The position numbers and the translations under genes were made by a program. Shown here piece after piece: positions 12,901 to 19,075 of a DNA stretch of 64,000 bases (positions are counted from its first letter, which is position 1; the number at the start of each line of letters is the position of its first letter). Origin of the DNA: Candidatus Elulimicrobium sp. (GTDB taxonomy: Bacteria > Patescibacteriota > Minisyncoccia > Phycocordibacterales > UBA918); NCBI GenBank assembly GCA_022730015.1, contig DZBU01000001.1, forward strand, positions 1,307 to 65,306. Reading direction: 5' to 3'. Below the pieces are notes generated by a model. It had not been told where the DNA came from. It did not search any database and was given only the letters and a program-made list of their open reading frames with translations.

Positions 12901-15900
12901 ACAGGCAATATTCGTCTGGTGGTGGCTGGACTTTCGTCTGCTACCTCAAGTTGTAATGCTAGTACCGGCTACTACCAATTCACTAATGTTGCGTACGGCC
13001 CGACCGATCCGTTGATTGTCTACATTGACGGGGAAACCGAAAAGGGAACTTCAGTCACTAAGGAACCAGTTTCTAACATCAACGATCTTCATGTTTATGA
13101 AAATCGAATTATCGTTCGACACGAAAATACCGATCCAATGACGGTCGCTGACATGGCAGTTTACGATTCATCAGATGATGCAGATGTTCCATTTACTGCA
13201 GTAGATTCTGGTACGGACACACTGACGCTTCCAACTAATCGTAAATTACTCGTCTGGACCAATAAGGAATTTGCACCAAATGGTAATGTCACGGTCAGTG
13301 GTGGTGGAGCCGGTGCAGCCTACGATGGCACTCTTGAGCTTCAAACTGGCGCGACTTGGTCTGGCTCGGGAGCTGAATCGCTAGATATTGGTGGTAGCTT
13401 ACTGGCTGGTTCTGGTGCAGCTTTTGTGTCTGCAAACAATGGTACGACAACATTTACTACGACTGGCGCTAATCGTACTATCGACCTCAATGCCGCTGAT
13501 CTCAATAATGCTGCCTTTACCGGAAGTGGCAGCTGGACGGTTACTGACACAACATTTACCGTTGGTGGCAATTTTACGCAAACTAATGGTGTCCTCACTT
13601 TCCCTACCGCAACGACAACTTTCGGTGGTTCATTACAGGTTAGCGGTGGTAGCTTTAATTCAAATAACGGAATCACCCTCTTTAACGGTAGTGGTGCTCA
13701 GGTGATTGCACTGGCTGGTTCTTCGCTGGCAGCGGTGCAGTTCGTGAGTGGTAATTACAGTTTTAGCGATACGGCAGCGACTACTACCAAGTCGATTACT
13801 ATCTTGGGTGGAACAGTAACACTCCCAAGTGGTACGCTCACTGTTGGTGGAGACTTCGAAAACGTTGCAGGCGTTATCGCACACAACACGAATGAACTTA
13901 TCATGACGAGCACAACTATCGCACTCGTGCAGGCGTCTAGTTCAGACTTATACAGTGTTCGCTTTACTGGCGGTGGTGCCTATGAATTTACCGATGATAG
14001 CATCGCGTTACTTGGTAGTCTTACAATTGATGCTGGAGCGGTGCAGCTGGCTTCGGGTACGCTTTCAATCGGTGGCACCTTTGACGCTGCTGGTGGCACA
14101 TTTGATCACGCCACTGGTACGATCCTTTTCAATTCAGCCGATGGGGGAGAGTTCGTCGATGCTGGTGTTAGTCCTTTCTATAATGTTTCATTTAGTGCAC
14201 CCGCAGGCGGATACACGCTTGTGAGTGACGCTACGACTACCAATCACTTCACCCTGTCAGCTGTGAACAGTTTCACCACCCTTAGTGGTACGACGCTGGT
14301 TGTACAAGGAGTCTTCCTCAATCAGGTTGGTGGTGCTAATACCAACTGGGCTGGTAGCACCCTAGTGCTTGATGGAGCAAATGCATACACAGTAAATACT
14401 AAAATCGCTGGCGGTGATCAGTACGATACGCTTATCGTTGGTGAAAATAGTGACATTCGATTCTGGAATTCGGCAGCTACTACGACTACAGTTAATCAAA
14501 GTGCTTCAGTGTACTCACAAGATCACGCTAGTGCTAACGGTAGCCTTTACATTTTTGGTGATTTCCATATAGGGACTACAACTGAATACTGGAGTTATGC
14601 GACTGATTTTGATGGTTCCTCACTTACTGGTAGTGAACGATTAGTAACTGTTGCACATGCAACCAACGCCACGACGTCAGTTGATGGTGGTACGCTTCGA
14701 ATAGTTGGTATTACTGGGAATGAGACGACAATCACTAATCAGGGTACTGGCACCTATGCACTCAATGTTTCGGCTGGTACCTTGTTGGCACAATATTACA
14801 AATTCCGAAATCTTAATATTGAGGGACTTGCTCTCACAGGAACTCCCGTCATATCATCACTTGCATACGGAGATTTCGAATTGGCAGTATCAGGAGGCAC
14901 ACTCATGACAGTGGCATCAACCACACTCAACGCAAACGCCTCAATGGTATTCACAGGAAATCGTTTTGCTACTACCACCGCGATCACTGGTTACAACGTA
15001 ACATTAGTTGGTTCAACGAGTAATGCGTGGACTTTTGTCTCACATACAGGCAACTTAGATGGAGAAGATTTCGACGCTGATGGTGTGACAGCTTGTGGTT
15101 CGATCCGCTGGAGTGACAGTGCGTGTCTTCTTACCCAGCAGACGAACTATCGCTGGCGCAATGATGATGGGGGGCTCGGAGTACCAAATAATGAGTGGTA
15201 TGACGCAAGCTGGGACGCCCGCACATTTATTCGTGTAAGAAATGTTGATGCTACGAGCTATACTGATGCGGTGGTGAAAGTACCGGTTACTTACGATAGT
15301 GACATGCAAGCAGACTTTGATGACCTTCGTTTCACTGCAGGCGATGGAACAACAGTGCTTTCACACTGGCTTGGTTCTTCAACGGATAGTATTGCAGCTG
15401 AAGTTTGGGTAAAGATCCCTACGCTTGCTGCTGAGAGTACGACAAACATCTTCATGTACTACAACAATCCGTCTGCTACGACGATCAGCTCGAGTACGGC
15501 AGTCTTTATTGCTGCTGACGATTTTGAAACTGGTTCACTTGCTGCCTACAGTGGTCAGACGAGTCTCTTTACCGTCGGTACCACTTTCGCCAATGACGGT
15601 GTGTATGGGCTCGATAACAGCGGTGATGAAAGTGGCAGAGCTAATACTGGTGGTATCTATCGTTTCGATCAGGTGGTTGGCCAAGGGGAAACTTTCCGCT
15701 ACGCTCAATATGTCGATACTGTCGCAGGTTCTGGCGATGAAACCTGTACACTTTTCGGTGTTCAGTCACCTGGTTCCACCAACGAAAATTATGCAGTCTG
15801 TATTGAGCAATTCGGAACAGATCGTCTATCGTTGGTCCGTGATGCGATCGATAATGACACCTCAGGTGTGGTTTTGGCTTCCACGACAGTGAGTTACGCA

Positions 15901-17424
15901 ACGGGTTGGTATACCGTGGAGGTTGATTGGGGAATTGACGACAGTTTCTTAGTCTCGCTATATGATGCCTCAGGGACTTTAGTTGCGACAACTTCCGCTA
16001 CCGATAGTAATTATTCTACTGGTGGTATTGGATTTACTTACTGGTTTCATTACGGTGGTTGGGATAGTGTCAGCTCTCGCCCAACATTAACAACGGAACC
16101 AACAATACTGCTTGGTGTAGAGCAGACTGATGGAGGCGCAACCTGGAAAGCAGCGCAAAACACTGCTGCTACTTATGATACGAGTGATGTTGCTCGACTG
16201 CGCTTCGCGATTGAAAATACCGGTCTTGCCATTGTTGATCAACAATTCCTTCTTGAGTATGCATCGATGGACAGCGCTCCAAGTTGTGAAGCGGTCGATC
16301 CAACTGCCTATATTTCAGTACCTGTACAGGCAAGTTGTGGTACTGCTCCAGTGTGTATGCAATCGTCCACGCTCATTACCAATGGTGCAGGAACGATTGA
16401 TCTTCTGACTGGGGTGGAAGGAGTGTTTGTTCCTGGCGAAGCTCGCGAAGATCCAACAAATATCACTAGCGCGATCGATATCGATCAGAATCAATACACT
16501 GAACTGGAATACGCAATCACTCCGACCACAAACGTTACTGATGAAAACCTTTGTTTCCGAGTTACCGATAATGGTGCTGAATACGATACGTATCTCCAGG
16601 TGGCTCAAATGAATCTGCGCTTCGTGCCGGTGGTCAGTACGATCACTTTGAATGATGGTCAACCGATCTCGCTCTTGCCAGGAACTACCACTAGGGTTTA
16701 TGCGACAGGTACCGTAAGTGATCTTAATGGCTATGCAGATTTGGTGTACGCGACTTCAACTATCTATCGTGGTGGTGTTGCTGGTGGAGCATCGTGTACA
16801 CCAAACAATAACAACTGTTACGTTTCTACGACAGAAACAGCGGCTTGTTCGTTTGTCGATTGTTTGGGTGAAAGTTGCACGGTCGAGTGTTTCGCTGATA
16901 TTTATTTCCACGCTGACCCAACCGATGCTGGTGATTACGTGGGACAAGAATGGTTTGCTTTTGTTGAAGTAGAGGACGCTACTGCTGGGTATGATTTTGC
17001 AACCTCACCTGGAGTGACCCTGAGCACTCTCCGAGCGATCGAAGTAAATGGTGCGATCGACTATGGTGCACTCGCGGTGAATGCTGATACTGGATCGTAC
17101 AATGCATCAACATCGATTTTAAATCTTGGTAATGTGGGAATCGATATTGAAATCACAGGTACTGATCTTTCGGACGGTCTCTCATCGGTTATTCCGGTTG
17201 ATAAGCAAAAGTTCGCTACCTCTACCTTTACGTACTCAGCCTGTGGTGCAAGTTGTGAATTGCTTTCAAGTACAACTCCAGTCTCGATTGATGTCGATCT
17301 TGGTAAACCAGCGACTGATAATCCACCAATTTCTGATGATGTCTATTGGGGTATCGCGGTACCGATCGGTGTCAGTAGTGTGCCTCACCAAGGAATTAAC
17401 GTCTTTACGCCAGTCACACCGTAA
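934..17424 (+). CDS. Giant secreted multidomain surface/adhesin-like protein (5,496 aa as tracked). The likely true start is TTG 1021, giving MQRFSSATYVLFLIFTLLVFTHA|ETAF as a signal peptide.
   Basis: Single uninterrupted ORF of 16.5 kb. It has a signal-peptide-like h-region, a P/E/V/T-rich linker, recognisable domains (see findings) and a C-terminal module shared with three other proteins in the window. Confidence 0.85.
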   Translation: MVHCVVKKKHPYNTNGNRIITIFKAPKWILQRFSSATYVLFLIFTLLVFTHAETAFSKRPLEITFGTQQTLNLFPTQVNTTDWAGIENVLIQDLTDTALYQDFGARTSAYVPQEKLIIPSSAGVPTEYVPVIEGATASSVVDGQAVPEEGGAGVIGSQPEVVAPIEPTPEQLPVETQVSPEPGAVLEPPANESVVEPVSMIEPSSTAVFAPAWGLFPLAQLSVVTSTETAAQDIVDVAAPTETAQTPDTAIVEDLSQPISGVEQVVGVVSTSSESAAPEQSSAETTVTEGSVVPLATPAAATVETEVHEITLSNFGSAPLEPGQFVNGMRLTLSLAAQLEQPASGRIPYIEVLYGASSTPEVVGMILLEDEVSNALNGGYFFFALPTVSDVSELADKTVTLRYHGAHDDLDGMFLDAVWLEIDTRTVTKEDLRARGIAGALAELQLPSVTTLISEKSNFRRDENPIFNLRYNSQRNFIVRGLRHMFGRELVSVESVEVRHRSFGSLGIEPELTVTKDGLLTIEIPDASLKNMRPGAYEITLTLNEGGREFTDTFDFQWGILTMNPNKSEYQTGETAHISIGALTPNGHTICEAALDLYVTDPTGIISRYAVNPSGQCNGNNVVDVPDFSALVPVVEPGVYELYLERLDDAGAVLGFTTDTFNSVTNQELSIERTGPTRIYPPAPYPMTLTVSTTKSFIGTLTETVPASFGIYDTDAYIVSDGVWQTLTWDLSILGAGKESVSYRFDAPDISPYLFTLGPARLDTERVAPADIPNASTSATSSPGISSPGTNVFIEHRRWQIASDAVGKMLLFWPDGATVPAGWLCVSCTSGEPFFQRFVMGSSTYNTTGGAATHTHTATGSVLATSDITTENTGSGVIAIGTHTHTYTPTISAVSNLPAYRQLRVIRYDAAAGEPPTIPAGAIGVFDVASSSLPSGWNRYAAQDGRYIYGENTPGTTGGSNTHTHTITGTVDAASGGSYQSRGPDAANGSSPTHTHTVSSSTGSVSNEPPYIEVLLGQITSDAVPPNGLIAMWDEAVDSGWLDVSSGPTDPFNQRFLKASTTYGGTNDTRSHAHSNVTGLTSSVPSVTVTTARAGSGGASDVHTHSVSVTDFSISDHLPPYLTVVFGKRQGNDPVYQQVSSRWYTNTNAETPTDAWPSGALNLIEREPITATSTPVKDGDEVRLRLNVGVLNATSTVGSSFKLQYAAAAVCSTATGWADVGDTASTTLWRGYNNTSVNDHVTLSTLLLSSSTVTATYEENGYATSTPNNIPVAGYGEWDFVLQQNGALAGTNYCFRLVENDGTAFLSYTHYPQLYTNEAPAAPALQKLFDNEKTASTTPWFYFLATDAEGEKVHYEIEIDNDFTFASPVIDRNTISNSAEFENQVLISDKAPFRQGELIEFIPTTALSNGTTYYWRVRGQDPEGSADWGEWSTIRSFTIDNTLDASAWYQTQDEQFDTNILAGVQTGSDQMVLISGSSTGSMISTPIDFTDGDRGTAWDSLVFADTETTGSISYQIQYLDNTSTWTLVPESALPGNGTGFGTSPVSLLGLDVGVYSQLRIIANFTNTGGSPSLQDWTLYWGYRVETPIIAKLFPNEQVGTTTPSFEFRTSDPQSDSLTYQIQWSLTPDFAASTTRSSDVDLGFSNIDAGADLDPFNSDDSIQFTLQSADALTGTTTYWWRVRAKDTTGDNAWSFWTDAQSFTVIPGTEVSTWFQTTEEQFASNILSGTIALASDAVSVATTASEAMIVYGEGTETAPRYRQWDGTNLSTESTLLDIGAPTRWAVVRAATTREEYVAATVGTDADVNVQVFATGEWGNQVELTTNVGSVAARGIDVAYETTSGDALVVYCDGDADPSYYLWDGTSWTSGGTINLASTNNCEWIKLASDPVSNEIILMARDSDGTVATSYELQVWNGSAWGNSTTQGGARNSAYETMALGYEASGGQALSVSGDGNPIRFEYNSWNGTAWAGLTTNTTITDNLIWAELSNDDGTDNMAMCYVNESTNIGAIRWNGTAWTGQTNLDTAGNSIADRSVSCVYETTAGRDGNLLAVYSDTTNARYQVWNGTTWSAEASIGTITSVSTIQAIRTGAGSVLGLFYDDVNDRIDFSAWNGTTWSTAATIEANGSVDAAPYGQPFFAAPRNDGTEGTTIVSPGVDFNAGVGPYWKTFSWNDTVPGTSQILYHLQYQTATGSWAFIQNAALPGNEVGTTTGPFDLSALDTNTYNVIRPYAELSCDGSGNCPSIEDWKIEWAGGITISGAIQGYDQSTNVTSGTVAVSVNGVLQTGKTGAVSGGTWSISNVTVFPGDVVSVFVTAAADSNEAVAIARYDGQGDMDGLVLYERHLTLGSNDATTTPFTNADIGLYDSTNTEDVFFAVTTDTLSVCAAGDCTDAELFIKSGAYYTPGGRIVTHDFENNGTFTAGSFTHEINGSWDNNATTTMTGSAVVFAATSTTETIDSTGAVSASFNNTTFGTTTGSGVWNLPSELDVNGNLTVSLGTLARGSTSITIGGNLVTGANGYWTGIGTTTFDGGTAATWNDQNTTKQNVGRVVIDGTSKAVSLAGNVATESVTIGTNDTFDASTGSYDIMVYDSWLNQNNFVARSGEVIFAATSSGKTITTTGDAFYDLSFTGVGGGWSFTESTLLVNNDLTIATGTVTLPTATTTIAGSFNATGGSFAHNNGTLYFTSAAAETITFNGGLFTNVAHDLTFNGGGSWTVNDTNATSTNDVRVTQGTLNFPTGVFAIGGTLVDGGGVYTGGVGTVLFYSSAAEVLTPGGSSFNNVTFAGSGSWSFSDSNVDANGDLVVQQGILTLPNGAFTLGGSYDNNATVVPGTGVLTFDAAGTGRTVDFGASSLYDVDFNSATGGWTVTAPATTTRNFSLTNTDTWTLASGQVLSVAGTFSNSVGGASTTWTGSALSLEAGSYSLNTKTNNGDTYETVRIAAGTNIAMWNSSAASYTVDAAGSLYSQDHAGIDGDLYIFGAYTRGSGTEYWSYTQDFDGASLSGSERQVDVRFASGASATFSGATVEVIGTSTASTTIANQGAGTYAVNVSGGTTTAQYYEFADLGLTGVTLSNAVQVSELSDGSYTVAAPGGTALTLSSTTIDANPGKQIFNVTFATTTVITATNVTQNDGVPSSFWWFRDGYGNLYGEGYDNDTGDPGSVRFDDSSLVITIVGTVYSDAGTTPIVGGTCDGITPVVRVMVGGVLATTTSCSNVDGSYTASGVVVIGDPTVTVFLNDASGGQKGSTITRTPTGDILDMDIYTNRVIVRNEDIDALTIGNLAAYDSSDDADLRFSAATSTSVDSLNVFAGNELFVFASSTFTPGGVVTLAANTAANSYDGTLYLAGDATFNAHSTSTVTIGGRLELEAGAVFNAASTTVLMNATTSGKSITAPSEIMFNELVFNGVSGGWNLGADIRVNGDMTITAGTVTGTGDIYLPNGSLYGNGVLSLGAGTTTLAAANSLGGNSAWTFYDLELGDTLQVGTTTPLFTSTTTVSGRLTINAAHYLDAGNTSWDLSGAGIVFVENGTFIEDTSTIRYSGAGASVLATQYYNLDINAGASSQTYIATGLGLIVDNDLTIGGDAASTFDLATNDPLLDVNGDVIIHSNGTLAASDTGTFTIAGSYDNNGVFTSNSGTTTFDGSGATTIAAGSSSFGSVLVNGTGNVTVSEHATATSNFTLNAANTFTVSSGQSLAIGTKFFNAIGGAATTWTDSTLRLYGGGNYSINVATTSDTYATLDIEGTTQIRMWNSDAATYDVASTGSLYSQDHASVDGDLYIWGAYNQTNANDYWSYVTDFDGAALGSPRKVDVYLASGASVTVTGGTFAVFGGTTASTTIQNQGSGSYGIVVGGNASSSFEYAETRDMNSAGLTFTGGAKVNKLSYNDFSVSQNGGTTIMIGGTVITANPAKNFTNNRFWLDGVGSGFNVTATGTSVSSWRFVNHYGDIDGESFDVDPNGDPGYVAWDNSAALITISGNVYSDEGSTVSGVCDGTTGNIRLVVAGLSSATSSCNASTGYYQFTNVAYGPTDPLIVYIDGETEKGTSVTKEPVSNINDLHVYENRIIVRHENTDPMTVADMAVYDSSDDADVPFTAVDSGTDTLTLPTNRKLLVWTNKEFAPNGNVTVSGGGAGAAYDGTLELQTGATWSGSGAESLDIGGSLLAGSGAAFVSANNGTTTFTTTGANRTIDLNAADLNNAAFTGSGSWTVTDTTFTVGGNFTQTNGVLTFPTATTTFGGSLQVSGGSFNSNNGITLFNGSGAQVIALAGSSLAAVQFVSGNYSFSDTAATTTKSITILGGTVTLPSGTLTVGGDFENVAGVIAHNTNELIMTSTTIALVQASSSDLYSVRFTGGGAYEFTDDSIALLGSLTIDAGAVQLASGTLSIGGTFDAAGGTFDHATGTILFNSADGGEFVDAGVSPFYNVSFSAPAGGYTLVSDATTTNHFTLSAVNSFTTLSGTTLVVQGVFLNQVGGANTNWAGSTLVLDGANAYTVNTKIAGGDQYDTLIVGENSDIRFWNSAATTTTVNQSASVYSQDHASANGSLYIFGDFHIGTTTEYWSYATDFDGSSLTGSERLVTVAHATNATTSVDGGTLRIVGITGNETTITNQGTGTYALNVSAGTLLAQYYKFRNLNIEGLALTGTPVISSLAYGDFELAVSGGTLMTVASTTLNANASMVFTGNRFATTTAITGYNVTLVGSTSNAWTFVSHTGNLDGEDFDADGVTACGSIRWSDSACLLTQQTNYRWRNDDGGLGVPNNEWYDASWDARTFIRVRNVDATSYTDAVVKVPVTYDSDMQADFDDLRFTAGDGTTVLSHWLGSSTDSIAAEVWVKIPTLAAESTTNIFMYYNNPSATTISSSTAVFIAADDFETGSLAAYSGQTSLFTVGTTFANDGVYGLDNSGDESGRANTGGIYRFDQVVGQGETFRYAQYVDTVAGSGDETCTLFGVQSPGSTNENYAVCIEQFGTDRLSLVRDAIDNDTSGVVLASTTVSYATGWYTVEVDWGIDDSFLVSLYDASGTLVATTSATDSNYSTGGIGFTYWFHYGGWDSVSSRPTLTTEPTILLGVEQTDGGATWKAAQNTAATYDTSDVARLRFAIENTGLAIVDQQFLLEYASMDSAPSCEAVDPTAYISVPVQASCGTAPVCMQSSTLITNGAGTIDLLTGVEGVFVPGEAREDPTNITSAIDIDQNQYTELEYAITPTTNVTDENLCFRVTDNGAEYDTYLQVAQMNLRFVPVVSTITLNDGQPISLLPGTTTRVYATGTVSDLNGYADLVYATSTIYRGGVAGGASCTPNNNNCYVSTTETAACSFVDCLGESCTVECFADIYFHADPTDAGDYVGQEWFAFVEVEDATAGYDFATSPGVTLSTLRAIEVNGAIDYGALAVNADTGSYNASTSILNLGNVGIDIEITGTDLSDGLSSVIPVDKQKFATSTFTYSACGASCELLSSTTPVSIDVDLGKPATDNPPISDDVYWGIAVPIGVSSVPHQGINVFTPVTP
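3300..4330 (+). repeat. Three tandem phage tail-collar (MdpB-like) domain repeats inside the giant ORF.
   Basis: Three units of the form '...P.GW(L)...C..C/...FxQRF..GxxxxYGGT...THTHT' each end in 'PPY[IL]xVL/VFG': 'PAGWLCVSCTSGEPFFQRFVMGSSTYNTTGGAATHTHT', 'LPSGWNRY...GGSNTHTHT...PPYIEVLLG', 'DSGWLDVSSGPTDPFNQRFLKASTTYGGTNDTRSHAHS...PPYLTVVFG'. Confidence 0.6.
6160..7330 (+). repeat. Seven ~50-aa 'W[ND]GTxW' repeats, a predicted 7-bladed beta-propeller, inside the giant ORF.
   Basis: YRQWDGTNL, YLWDGTSWT, QVWNGSAWG, NSWNGTAWAG, IRWNGTAWTG, YQVWNGTTWS, SAWNGTTWS occur at regular ~50-55 aa spacing. Confidence 0.5.
8070..15120 (+). repeat. Three divergent tandem intragenic super-repeats (~2.3-2.4 kb each; the third is truncated). 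Each is a PATR-like parallel beta-helix section, then a 'W[TA][GD]S.L.L.G..Y..N......Y.T..........WNS.A.......S.YSQDHA...G.LYI[FW]G' domain, then a carboxypeptidase-regulatory-like 'VYSD.G...V...CDG' domain.
   Basis: Protein-level register anchors: WTGSALSLEAG at nt ~9660, WTDSTLRLYGG at ~12052, WAGSTLVLDGA at ~14348. All three copies contain 'SLYSQDHA', and the DNA shows 'tactcacaagaccatgc' and variants. The beta-helix parts show 'NVTFAGSGSWSF...GTLTLP.G.F..GG' type ~25-aa periodicity. Confidence 0.55.
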
Positions 17425-17451
17425 GTAATGGTATGATTACTGATAAATAGT

Positions 17452-19014
17452 ATGCAGCAGTTCATCAGCTTCGTTTCTCTTGTGATTCTTGTTTTTACTA
17501 ATCAGCCAGGTTTTTTGTTTGCACAAACAACAGACAAGGAAGCTCCAGATATCACCAACGTCGAGGTCTCACAAGTTTCCGAGACTAGTGTCACCGTCAC
17601 TTGGGAGACCGACGAATCTTCAGATTCAACGGTTAACTATGGTTTACAGCCTGACTACGGTATCGTCCGCATACCGGTTGCTGATCGAACACAGCACTCC
17701 ATCACGCTAGATCGGCTAGAACCTGGACGAGTCTATTATTTCCGTGTGGTGTCTGCCGACGATAGTGGTAACCAAGGAATTTCAGCTGATTATCGAGTAC
17801 AGACATCAGGTACACCGCAGACTGGTGAGGGAAGTGGTACAGGGCAGTCAACGGCTCAGGGGCAAGGACAGGGAGCAATGGCTGGTGATGGTAGTAGTAG
17901 CCAAACTCAATCTGAAACGGAATCAACGACCAGCTCACAATCACAGTCTCAAACTCAAACGACACAAGAGATCGTTGAACAGATCAATCAAATCACTGAT
18001 CCGCAGCAGCTTAAAGAGATCGTCAACGAAACCGTAAAAGCGATTCAGGGTATTACAGAGGACCTTACTATTGTTGGTCCTCCAACCGTTATTCCAGAGA
18101 CAACTACTGCGCTTGTACGCTGGACAACTGATCGAGAGGCGTCATCTAAAGTCATCTTTTCTCCATCGCGTGGTTTTGATGGAGCAACTTTTGCATACGC
18201 ACAGGAATCAACACAAGGAAACACTACTGATCATGAGGTGCAACTGATCGGACTGTCTGCCTTTACTGATTACAGTTTTAAAGTGATTTCAACCGATACC
18301 TACGGTATTACGGGTGAAAGTCGCACGTTCACCTTTCAGACAAAAGCCACCATGCCAGAAATTCGAAATTTGCGAGTGCTAAAAGTGGAAGAAGATGCAG
18401 CTACCTTGGCCTGGGATACAAACGTACCAACCAAAGCCTTGATTGAGTATCAAGATCAAACTACTGGAGAACAGCAATCAGTGGGAAGACCAACCCTTGC
18501 AACCACGCACCAGATGCGTCTGTCTAACCTAACGCTTGGTACACGTTACGTTGCTTTCGTGACTGCTGAAAACTCAGGTGGTGACCGAGTGCGAAGTCAA
18601 CCGGTCCAGTTCATTACAGTTCGTGACACCGCAGCGCCGATCATTACTAACGTGACCAATGAATCAACTCTTTTCCCGGGTGGAGAATCACGTATTCAAA
18701 CTATCGTGGCGTGGGACACCGACGAATCATCGTCGTGTCTGATGACTTATCAGGAAGGTGTCGCAGGAGGTACTGAAGCGTACACGATTGAAAAAGAACA
18801 AATATCATATAACACGAAACACGTTGAAGTGATTGTCGATTTTGCACCGGCAACGGTATACCAGTTTTATCTAACTTGTACCGATGAGGCAGGAAATGCG
18901 GTAAAGTCAGAGAATTTTGTGCTGTTCACTCCGATTCAAGAGAAGAACATCATTGACTTGATCCTAGAAAACTTCCAAAGCACATTTGGGTGGGTTAAAA
19001 ATATCGGAGGCTAA
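17452..19014 (+). CDS. Secreted protein with four fibronectin-III / purple-acid-phosphatase-N-like domains and a Q/S/T/G-rich linker.
   Basis: Signal peptide MQQFISFVSLVILVFTNQPGFLFAQT. Repeated 'VTVTWETDESSDS.V.YG...HS..L..L.PGR.YYFRV.S.D..GN' units. Confidence 0.8.
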   Translation: MQQFISFVSLVILVFTNQPGFLFAQTTDKEAPDITNVEVSQVSETSVTVTWETDESSDSTVNYGLQPDYGIVRIPVADRTQHSITLDRLEPGRVYYFRVVSADDSGNQGISADYRVQTSGTPQTGEGSGTGQSTAQGQGQGAMAGDGSSSQTQSETESTTSSQSQSQTQTTQEIVEQINQITDPQQLKEIVNETVKAIQGITEDLTIVGPPTVIPETTTALVRWTTDREASSKVIFSPSRGFDGATFAYAQESTQGNTTDHEVQLIGLSAFTDYSFKVISTDTYGITGESRTFTFQTKATMPEIRNLRVLKVEEDAATLAWDTNVPTKALIEYQDQTTGEQQSVGRPTLATTHQMRLSNLTLGTRYVAFVTAENSGGDRVRSQPVQFITVRDTAAPIITNVTNESTLFPGGESRIQTIVAWDTDESSSCLMTYQEGVAGGTEAYTIEKEQISYNTKHVEVIVDFAPATVYQFYLTCTDEAGNAVKSENFVLFTPIQEKNIIDLILENFQSTFGWVKNIGG

Positions 19015-19075
19015 GCAGACTACATCTGTGGATGGAAGAGAGTGATATTTGTGTGGGCGATGCAATAATAGGGTA

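Noticed and set aside
1634-16972. Dozens of 60-170-aa ORFs on both strands inside the giant ORF (e.g. 7521..8012-, 8133..8525-, 15425..15892+)
   Set aside because: They are all nested in alternative frames of a continuous 16.5-kb ORF with strong domain content. This is typical of long T/G/S/A-rich coding sequence.
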